From positions 1 to 61,398 of the IMG/VR virus record IMGVR_UViG_3300029309_000028: a stretch of DNA of 61,398 nucleotides; one strand, 5' to 3'. The notes under the pieces were generated by a model, which worked only from the letters and a program-made list of their open reading frames with translations, was not told the DNA's origin and searched no databases. The DNA is from a virus. Taxonomy: Duplodnaviria; Caudoviricetes. The number at the start of each line of letters is the position of its first letter. The first letter of the stretch is position 1. Position numbers and translations under genes: made by a program. This document shows positions 38,960 to 45,404 of this stretch, in pieces.

Positions 38960-39572
38960 TTTCTTTATTTAATAGTTCTTTTTCTCTTTTTAACTCATCT
39001 TCCATATTCCTGTGTATAGTTCTTTTTGAGCAGTCTAACAAATCTGCTATTTTACTTATAGTTATTTTTTTACCCATATCATGTAAATCTAACATACACT
39101 CGTATATATCATCAGGATGTATACGTTTAGATCTACCTATTAATGCACCTACTATTTTTAGTTTTTCTTCTTTCGTTAGACCTGTAAATGGTTTAAATAT
39201 AACTTTACGTAGTTTGTTTTTTGGTGGTGCATCAAGATCTAGCATGCTAACTTCGTACACTATTTTTCGTAGCAGTTGAGCGTGTATAGCAAATGAAACG
39301 AAGCCGTTAGGTTTATGTGTTATAACTTCTGCTAGTTTCATAAAGTCATCTTGATCAAGCTGTGGGTTTAAATACCATAATACCAACAAGTGCCACTTCA
39401 AAGATTTATAAGTAGTTATCTTTGCTGATGACCTAAACAACTCATAACACTCGTTAGTACCGTTTTCATAAAACATGTACTTATCTGTTTCTTGTGTTGG
39501 TTTGTCTGTGAGCGGCAGTCGTCTATATACGATGCGGTTGGTATTAAGGTATTTAAGGTTTCTTTGTGACAT
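38946..39572 (-). CDS. DNA-binding protein with C-terminal HTH (Rep-like initiator or regulator)
   Basis: ITISKIADLLDCSKRTIHRNM HTH. Confidence 0.7.
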   Translation of the reverse strand: MSQRNLKYLNTNRIVYRRLPLTDKPTQETDKYMFYENGTNECYELFRSSAKITTYKSLKWHLLVLWYLNPQLDQDDFMKLAEVITHKPNGFVSFAIHAQLLRKIVYEVSMLDLDAPPKNKLRKVIFKPFTGLTKEEKLKIVGALIGRSKRIHPDDIYECMLDLHDMGKKITISKIADLLDCSKRTIHRNMEDELKREKELLNKENEKL

Positions 39573-39610
39573 TAGCCTGTTACTTATTAGTCTTAACAGC
39601 TTTTGTCACA
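39565..39610. promoter_or_regulatory. Palindromic operator-like site, copy 1
   Basis: TGTGACA-TTA-GCCTGTTA-N11-TAACAGC-TTT-TGTCACA overlapping the HTH gene start codon. Confidence 0.7.
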
Positions 39611-39708
39611 TCTGGTTTTAACGATGCGACTATTATTCTTTGACTGTTTTCACCTTTGAATTTAATTTTATTAAATTCTTTAATACGTAGTTTTAATTCT
39701 TTATTCAT
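39580..39708 (-). CDS. Hypothetical 42-aa basic protein (not in ORF track)
   Basis: MNKELKLRIKEF...; start overlaps the upstream gene end. Confidence 0.4.
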   Translation of the reverse strand: MNKELKLRIKEFNKIKFKGENSQRIIVASLKPDVTKAVKTNK

Positions 39709-39895
39709 ATTGTTGCTTCATTAATTTTTCTAGTATCTTTGCAAGCCTAGTTAACGCTTTAGTTAACTCGCTAATGTCTTTATACATTTGTTGTTCGTTT
39801 CTATTCATTTCTTTTTTATTTTTATAGTCATACCACGCAGGGTTAGGTAATTCTGAGTAGTGATCCCACATTTCTTTTTCAACTATTTTACTCAT
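39701..39895 (-). CDS. Hypothetical protein
   Basis: ORF overlapping the ligase end. Confidence 0.5.
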   Translation of the reverse strand: MSKIVEKEMWDHYSELPNPAWYDYKNKKEMNRNEQQMYKDISELTKALTRLAKILEKLMKQQYE

Positions 39896-40763
39896 AGTTA
39901 CGTATACATTTAAATAATGGGTGCCTATAACTATTAGCTTTAGTTTTTTCGAAATACGTAAACGTAGCTACTTTACCTACATAACCTTGCATAAGCTTAA
40001 AGTTATCTTGAAGGTATTTATAGTTAGCCATAACAGGCATACCGAAACGTATACCATTAGCATCGATAGCTAAAAACTTACCAATAGTACCTATACGTTT
40101 ACCTTTACCTTCAACCCAACCTTCAATTCTAGCTTCAGCATCTTGAAAGTCTTTGAACTTACGTAAGTTATGAGAACGTTTACAAGCATACATGTCGTTA
40201 GTACGCACAATAGAACCTTCATAGCCATCGATTAAATGTAAACCGTGATGATGCTTAGCGTTATTATCACCGTATACTTGCATTGTATGTACATGTTTAA
40301 TGCAATAGCTTTGTGGTAAAGTTAGTTCAATAAACTTATTACGGTTTTGAAACGATTGTGTTTCATCAACTATATCGTAACAATGAAACTGTACGTTATC
40401 GCGTGATTTAGATCTATCTTCTGCTGTTGGTTTTTGTTTTCTGACCATAGATATTATAGACTCAAAATCGTTTCTAAAATCATGATTATACAACTCGCCA
40501 TCGAGTATAACGTTAGGATTTTTATCAAAGAAAGGTTTAAGCTGTTTTAGTATGTGGTCAATATTTTTCCACACTTTACCTGTACGTGAATATGCTGTAA
40601 CTTTATATACAGGCTCACCTGTTTCTAGCTTTGTTAAGTAATCAATTGAATCTGCTTGTATTAGACAACGTACGCCATCAAGCTTTGGTTGTATGAACAC
40701 TGGTTTGTTATAGTCTATTGGTTTATCGCTTACTGGATAAGCTAGCATTGGTTTTTTTCTCAT
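39888..40763 (-). CDS. lig: ATP-dependent DNA ligase
   Basis: QPKLDGVR adenylation motif, LDGELY, YDI, EGSIVR, LRKFK. Confidence 0.92.
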   Translation of the reverse strand: MRKKPMLAYPVSDKPIDYNKPVFIQPKLDGVRCLIQADSIDYLTKLETGEPVYKVTAYSRTGKVWKNIDHILKQLKPFFDKNPNVILDGELYNHDFRNDFESIISMVRKQKPTAEDRSKSRDNVQFHCYDIVDETQSFQNRNKFIELTLPQSYCIKHVHTMQVYGDNNAKHHHGLHLIDGYEGSIVRTNDMYACKRSHNLRKFKDFQDAEARIEGWVEGKGKRIGTIGKFLAIDANGIRFGMPVMANYKYLQDNFKLMQGYVGKVATFTYFEKTKANSYRHPLFKCIRNYE

Positions 40764-41041
40764 TTGTATTTTTTTAATATTTTGTTAACAACTTTCATAC
40801 GTCTTTTGACAATAGCACATTTTTCGTACTCTTCATCTTCTTGTAGTATATTCATTAATGTCATAAGCTTTGCAGCTTCACCTAAAGCTTCAACTTCTTC
40901 AGATAAGTTTAATTGGCTATAGTCACTGTCAGCAGCTTGTGCTGTAGACTCAACGTGGTTAAACCAGTCTTCCATAGTTTTAACTTTAAGCATACGGCTA
41001 ACAATTTTAGTCGCTAACATGTTTAAATCTTTTTCGTTCAT
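40760..41041 (-). CDS. Hypothetical protein with UVR-like C-terminal motif (probable start MNEKD)
   Basis: EDEEYEKCAIVKRR. Confidence 0.5.
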   Translation of the reverse strand: MNEKDLNMLATKIVSRMLKVKTMEDWFNHVESTAQAADSDYSQLNLSEEVEALGEAAKLMTLMNILQEDEEYEKCAIVKRRMKVVNKILKKYK

Positions 41042-41052
41042 TTTATTTATAT

Positions 41053-41084
41053 TATTATCCGTCATCGTTCGTATTATCTTTGTA
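41053..41084 (-). promoter_or_regulatory. Early promoter motif, copy 6
   Basis: Minus strand TACAAA-N5-TACGA-N8-GGATAATA. Confidence 0.8.
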
Positions 41085-41417
41085 TTTATTAATTAGTTGT
41101 TCTGGTTTACCTACAAATATACATTTTAAATCTTCAGCACAACCATAACCTTCAAATATACTTATCCAAGTTTCTTTGAGTGGATGTTGCCATACATAAT
41201 AACAATATTCTAAATCACAATGTCTTGTAGATAAAAAATCTATTTCCCAGTTAGTTATTTTTGCACTATCTAATATTGATTTAGCTATTTCTATACCTCT
41301 ATGCTCAGGATAACCATCCCAATGTGCGTAAAATTGTGCGTCAAAACTATCCGGATGCTCACTAAACGATACTCCGTCTTCACGTTTAGCAAATCTTATT
41401 ATACTTCTTGTTGCCAT
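41055..41417 (-). CDS. Hypothetical phage protein (MATRS...HWDGYP family)
   Basis: Motif recognition. Confidence 0.6.
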   Translation of the reverse strand: MATRSIIRFAKREDGVSFSEHPDSFDAQFYAHWDGYPEHRGIEIAKSILDSAKITNWEIDFLSTRHCDLEYCYYVWQHPLKETWISIFEGYGCAEDLKCIFVGKPEQLINKYKDNTNDDG

Positions 41418-41418
41418 A

Positions 41419-41709
41419 TTATTCTTGTATTGGTGTTACGTCTTTTACATCATAGTAATGAGCTTGTAACGAAGTTATTATATGTCTACCAGTTGCAGTA
41501 TGAAAACCATAGCTATGTGTATGTAGCGGTGGTATTGCATCGTTAAAGCATAATAGCTTTAGCATATCTAGTGGCTTATCATAATTTAGTTCATCAGATA
41601 TATCATTGCAAGCTGCGGCTAGTGCTTTATGACAATGCCTGATTGGTTCATCTGAGCGTTGCTTTAAATATTTAAGTACAAACTCTGGTGTAAGGTATTT
41701 TTTATTCAT
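41419..41709 (-). CDS. Hypothetical early protein
   Basis: ORF directly downstream of an early promoter motif. Confidence 0.6.
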   Translation of the reverse strand: MNKKYLTPEFVLKYLKQRSDEPIRHCHKALAAACNDISDELNYDKPLDMLKLLCFNDAIPPLHTHSYGFHTATGRHIITSLQAHYYDVKDVTPIQE

Positions 41710-41720
41710 AATTTTTATTT

Positions 41721-41752
41721 TATTATCCGTTAGTTATCGTATTTAATTTGTA
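41721..41752 (-). promoter_or_regulatory. Early promoter motif, copy 5
   Basis: Minus strand TACAAA-N5-TACGA-N8-GGATAATA. Confidence 0.8.
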
Positions 41753-41845
41753 AAAAAGAGACAGGCAAGCGAGTAATATCGCCTTTATCTAATGAAAGAC
41801 CTAGCATACACTCCTCGCGCCTTGCCTCTTTGAAAACAATGCTAA

Positions 41846-42031
41846 CTAAGCATCTTGATAGCTACCATACCTTTCGTATAGAGCTTTGTAATTTGACATT
41901 ATTGCTATTATTTTAGCTCTGTTTAATCCAGAGTAGTCTGATACTACTGATACATTAAACATATTAGTTACGCCTGATTGTCTTACGTCTTCGTAAGCAT
42001 TAAAATCATCTTGAGTTATTTCTATTGTCAT
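41846..42031 (-). CDS. Small phage protein (VRQSGVTNMF; DUF5049-like)
   Basis: Motif recognition. Confidence 0.55.
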   Translation of the reverse strand: MTIEITQDDFNAYEDVRQSGVTNMFNVSVVSDYSGLNRAKIIAIMSNYKALYERYGSYQDA

Positions 42032-42062
42032 ATTTATTTAATTTAATTAGTTATACATTGAT

Positions 42063-42197
42063 TTACTTGTACCAAACACCGTAAACTTTAACACCTCTAA
42101 CATCTTTTATAAGTACTCGTTTGATTACTTCTTTTTCAGTTAACTGGCTTTTGTCCATGTATTTTGGATTTTTGCTATTTAGTTTTCTTTTTTTCAT
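42063..42197 (-). CDS. Hypothetical 44-aa basic protein (not in ORF track)
   Basis: MKKRKLNSKNPKY...; A-rich leader. Confidence 0.45.
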   Translation of the reverse strand: MKKRKLNSKNPKYMDKSQLTEKEVIKRVLIKDVRGVKVYGVWYK

Positions 42198-42271
42198 ATC
42201 ATTTACTTTTATAAAAGCAGTATAAGTGCCGTTCAGTACGAGCCTAGGAGATACTTACTAGTGCACTTATA

Positions 42272-42481
42272 TTACCTTAACATTGTACCATAACCTTTGC
42301 GGCGAGTTAACTTAGCGATACGTGCTGCGTCACTTGCCGACATAATCTGGATAGAGTTACCAGTTTTATGATAAGTGATTGGCGCACAGCCATATTGCTC
42401 GACAGTAGAACAGTTAACGCAAGTTTTGTAGCCAAGATTAACTCTGCCTGCAGGTATTATATTATTACATTTACATTTCAT
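42272..42481 (-). CDS. C4 zinc-finger protein, DksA/TraR-finger-like
   Basis: CKC..IPAGR......CVNCS. Confidence 0.6.
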   Translation of the reverse strand: MKCKCNNIIPAGRVNLGYKTCVNCSTVEQYGCAPITYHKTGNSIQIMSASDAARIAKLTRRKGYGTMLR

Positions 42482-42497
42482 TGTTGTTATTTGTATA

Positions 42498-42529
42498 TAT
42501 TATCCAATAGCAATCGTATTTAGTTTGTA
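42498..42529 (-). promoter_or_regulatory. Early promoter motif, copy 4
   Basis: Minus strand TACAAA-N5-TACGA-N8-GGATAATA. Confidence 0.8.
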
Positions 42530-42530
42530 A

Positions 42531-42716
42531 TTATAAATAGTTTATGCTATTGTCTTCATGACACATCCACTCACAGCTATTTAAGTTGTGACCTTTGGCT
42601 ACTAAGTAGCCTTGCACGTTACCGTCATCTGGAGTCCAACCATCTGCACTTATATCGTACATATATACTTGACCTTTTTCAAAGTCTAATACTGTTAAGT
42701 AATTCATTTTTTCCAT
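42531..42716 (-). CDS. Hypothetical early protein
   Basis: ORF with A-rich leader. Confidence 0.55.
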   Translation of the reverse strand: MEKMNYLTVLDFEKGQVYMYDISADGWTPDDGNVQGYLVAKGHNLNSCEWMCHEDNSINYL

Positions 42717-42843
42717 ATTGTTTTATGTTTAAATTTTCTGTTATACTTCTTTTTATTAACAAACACAGAGCTGCCTGGTGGTCTTACACCTTGTTCGAGA
42801 TCTACTCGCCGTTTGACAGCTCGTTTGTGCTTGTTATTTAGTT

Positions 42844-43302
42844 TCATATTACTTTATATTTATGCCCATCTATTGTTACTGTTACTTCATTTGGCATTTC
42901 AGGTGCTATCTCGCCCATCATCTTTTCTTGCATGTCATACTTCCACTTCGGTATAAATCTACCACTTGATAACATGTTAGCTTGATTAATGTAATAGTTT
43001 TTGAGACAAAAGGCTATTAAATATTCTAATCTATCTGATTCGTTTGGTATTAGTATACGCTTTATACACATAAAATCTTTATAACCTGACGGTACTTTTT
43101 TAGTTTTATTTAGTTGCCAACTCGGCGAATAACCATTTGCTTTAGTACGTCTTACGTAACCACTAACAAAACTTGCTACATATATTGGTTTACCATGCTG
43201 GTCTTTTATTGGTAGCTTAAATTCACGCGTACCGTTTTTACTTTGTTGTTTAGTTGTAACTTCTTGAATACCAAGTAGTTGCATTGTTTGTTTTATGTTC
43301 AT
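42844..43302 (-). CDS. Hypothetical early protein (start MNIKQ at 43302; the longer call runs into the tRNA)
   Basis: The upstream extension overlaps tRNA-Ala. Confidence 0.6.
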   Translation of the reverse strand: MNIKQTMQLLGIQEVTTKQQSKNGTREFKLPIKDQHGKPIYVASFVSGYVRRTKANGYSPSWQLNKTKKVPSGYKDFMCIKRILIPNESDRLEYLIAFCLKNYYINQANMLSSGRFIPKWKYDMQEKMMGEIAPEMPNEVTVTIDGHKYKVI

Positions 43303-43318
43303 ATTTACTTTTATTTTG

Positions 43319-43392
43319 TGGAGAATATCGGAGTCGAACCGATGACCTCTTGCGTGCAAAGCAAGCGCTCTAGCCAACTGAGCTAATCCCCC
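43319..43392 (-). tRNA. tRNA-Ala(UGC), CCA not encoded
   Basis: GGGGGATTAGCTCAGTTGGCTAGAGCGCTTGCTTTGCACGCAAGAGGTCATCGGTTCGACTCCGATATTCTCCA; cloverleaf with G3:U70. Confidence 0.95.
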
Positions 43393-43400
43393 ATTGTAGT

Positions 43401-43562
43401 TTAATCTAATCCATCTCTGTTGTTATTAGGCCAAGCAGCAGGTGGATTATTTGCTTTACGCTGCTTTTCCATTTGTATCATAGCATATATTGCTTGAGCT
43501 TCAGAGCTACTTTGTTTAGTTACTTTGTATTTTTCTTTATTTTGCTTTTTATTCTGCGACAT
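43401..43562 (-). CDS. Hypothetical 53-aa protein (start MSQNK)
   Basis: ATG at 43562 overlaps the upstream ORF end. Confidence 0.45.
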   Translation of the reverse strand: MSQNKKQNKEKYKVTKQSSSEAQAIYAMIQMEKQRKANNPPAAWPNNNRDGLD

Positions 43563-43722
43563 AAGTGAAACCTTTATAGTTAAACCATTGAGTAACATAC
43601 GAGAAACCATCTTCATCGACTTGACCAAACCTAGTGTCAGCAAGTTGACAAATAGTGTATGGTTTATATAGTATGTTGTTTAGTATTATTTTATTGTTTT
43701 TTAGAAATTTAATTTTATTCAT
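43549..43722 (-). CDS. Hypothetical 57-aa early protein (not in ORF track)
   Basis: MNKIKFLKNNKII...; ATG 15 nt downstream of promoter copy 3. Confidence 0.6.
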   Translation of the reverse strand: MNKIKFLKNNKIILNNILYKPYTICQLADTRFGQVDEDGFSYVTQWFNYKGFTYVAE

Positions 43723-43737
43723 ATTGTTATTTATTAT

Positions 43738-43769
43738 TATTATCCAACTTTATTCGTAATTAATTTGTA
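43738..43769 (-). promoter_or_regulatory. Early promoter motif, copy 3
   Basis: Minus strand TACAAA-N5-TACGA-N8-GGATAATA. Confidence 0.8.
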
Positions 43770-43948
43770 ATTAGTTCACTATGTTTGTATTCTATACTTT
43801 CACCACAGTCCCATAAAGCGTGCGCAGTTTCTTTATCACAACACTTTATTGGTTCTTGCTTTTTAGTTTTACAAGAAGTTATTAACATTAGTGAAATAAT
43901 TAATATTATTATTATTTCTGCACTATATTTTTCTTTAATTTTACTCAT
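43760..43948 (-). CDS. Small early lipoprotein
   Basis: Hydrophobic stretch ending in lipobox LITSC. Confidence 0.6.
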   Translation of the reverse strand: MSKIKEKYSAEIIIILIISLMLITSCKTKKQEPIKCCDKETAHALWDCGESIEYKHSELITN

Positions 43949-43964
43949 AGTTATTATATTTTAG

Positions 43965-44018
43965 TAGTAGTGGTGAGAATCGAACTCACATATCACATTG
44001 ATATTACCATTGACTACT
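43965..44018 (-). ncRNA. Minimal tRNA-like RNA (acceptor stem plus canonical T-arm, no D-stem)
   Basis: AGTAGT-C-AATGGTA-ATATCA(ATG)TGATAT-GTGAG(TTCGATT)CTCAC-C-ACTACT-A. Confidence 0.6.
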
Positions 44019-44124
44019 TTTACTTGTTCACATTTTTTATAAGTCGCTAAACAAAGCGTAACTACGACTTGACCCACCACTCGCTAATAGGCACTTCACG
44101 AGTGGTTATTTAGAGCCTGAGTTA

Positions 44125-44352
44125 TTATACTAGCTCGATATTTCTAACTGACATTGGTATGTTATTAGTTGCAGTGTAACTTTTATACTTTAACCAACAT
44201 GGCATTACACTTAGTTTATCTTTCATAACTTCCCACACTTTGTCGTGATTATAAGTTACTGTGTCACCTTTTTTGTTTACAAATTCGATTACTTGATTTT
44301 TACCGATTAGAGACTTTCTTACAACAAATCTCTTAGATTTTAATATATTCAT
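44125..44352 (-). CDS. Hypothetical first early protein
   Basis: Downstream of two early promoter copies. Confidence 0.65.
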   Translation of the reverse strand: MNILKSKRFVVRKSLIGKNQVIEFVNKKGDTVTYNHDKVWEVMKDKLSVMPCWLKYKSYTATNNIPMSVRNIELV

Positions 44353-44389
44353 AGTTGTTTATTTTTATTTAGTTATACATTGTTTATTA

Positions 44390-44421
44390 TATTATCCACA
44401 TTACTTCGTATTACATTTGTA
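44390..44421 (-). promoter_or_regulatory. Early promoter motif, copy 2
   Basis: Minus strand TACAAA-N5-TACGA-N8-GGATAATA. Confidence 0.8.
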
Positions 44422-44514
44422 AAAGTATATTAATTGTTTAGTTATAAATTTACTTGTGTATGTATTGCCCTCAACTTCATTGTGTGTAATAATTATTTTT
44501 TTTATTTACATATA

Positions 44515-44546
44515 TATTATCCACAATAAGTCGTAATTGTTTTGTA
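44515..44546 (-). promoter_or_regulatory. Early promoter motif, copy 1
   Basis: Minus strand TACAAA-N5-TACGA-N8-GGATAATA. Confidence 0.8.
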
Positions 44547-44743
44547 AAAAAACGTAAAATATATTAGAAAAATATAAATGATAGTACATGTGTAAACTGA
44601 TATAATCAGAGCAATCACGAAAACATTAATGGCAAAACGGAAAAAACAGGTGGGGCCCGGTTTTAATAAAGTACTTTTGTATATACGCGCGTAGTGCAGC
44701 GTAGTGGCGCAAGTCTCTACTCCAATATTTATAACGATTTTTT

Positions 44744-44791
44744 TGTGACATAAGCCTATTAATAAAGATATAGTAACAGGCAAGTGTCACA
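44744..44791. promoter_or_regulatory. Palindromic operator-like site, copy 2
   Basis: TGTGACA-TAA-GCCTATTA-N12-TAACAGGC-AAG-TGTCACA. Confidence 0.7.
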
Positions 44792-44795
44792 CTTT

Positions 44796-44823
44796 TAAAT
44801 AATCCATTTACTATGTAATAATA
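44796..44823 (+). promoter_or_regulatory. Putative class II (late) promoter heading the + strand arm
   Basis: TAAATAAT-N10-TGTAATAATA. Confidence 0.5.
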
Positions 44824-44829
44824 TACATT

Positions 44830-45069
44830 ATGAGAAGTTCACCAATATTACTAAAACAAAAACTTAGTCCAAAAGCTGCAGCAGCTAAAAAAAAGCGTGA
44901 TATAGCAATGGCTAAGACAACGGTGAGAAAAGCTAAAAAAGCACAAAACCAAAGAATAGGCCAAAAACCAGACTCAGACCTACACCATACTAAATCTGGT
45001 AGAGTACGAAGGGTATCGGTTAAAAGCAACAGAGGTAATTTTGGAAGAGGAACTAAACTAGAAAAGTAA
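44830..45069 (+). CDS. Small basic protein with degenerate HNH-like motif
   Basis: DLHH...SVKSNRG. Confidence 0.5.
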   Translation: MRSSPILLKQKLSPKAAAAKKKRDIAMAKTTVRKAKKAQNQRIGQKPDSDLHHTKSGRVRRVSVKSNRGNFGRGTKLEK

Positions 45070-45093
45070 ATATTAACCAAAAACCAATTAAAC

Positions 45094-45384
45094 ATGACTT
45101 ATTTATATTATAAAACGAGTACAGCATCGTATAATCACAAACCAAACGAAAAAACTATAGAACAGTGGCAGCATCTTGCAGATAAAAGTAACTGGAGGAT
45201 AACGCAACTACCAAATGGTTTTTACCAAACAGAAGTATCTGATACAGATGGTAAACAATGGCATGATGTAACTCGTAGAGAAACAATAGAAGGTGCAGAA
45301 GCAGCAATTGACGGAAGCATCGACCACTTCTCAAAAAAGTTAGAGGCAACGAAAGGCCCAAAAGTTATTAGAACATTCGAATAA
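45094..45384 (+). CDS. Hypothetical protein
   Basis: ORF preceding groEL. Confidence 0.6.
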   Translation: MTYLYYKTSTASYNHKPNEKTIEQWQHLADKSNWRITQLPNGFYQTEVSDTDGKQWHDVTRRETIEGAEAAIDGSIDHFSKKLEATKGPKVIRTFE

Positions 45385-45404
45385 ATTAAATTAAATTAAA
45401 TTAA

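Noticed and set aside
42759-42828. Hammerhead ribozyme
   Set aside because: Three-way junction is present but the CUGAnGA and GAAA core is missing on both strands
43303-43377. N-terminal extension of ORF 42844-43377
   Set aside because: Overlaps the tRNA-Ala gene; the real start is probably 43302
41053-44546. Repeated 32-bp motif considered as a CRISPR mini-array
   Set aside because: Copies are 125-1240 nt apart with variable interiors and sit before start codons; no cas genes; promoter-like instead
44517-44783. 88-aa minus-strand ORF in the divergence region
   Set aside because: Overlaps promoter and operator elements; atypical composition; no credible start context
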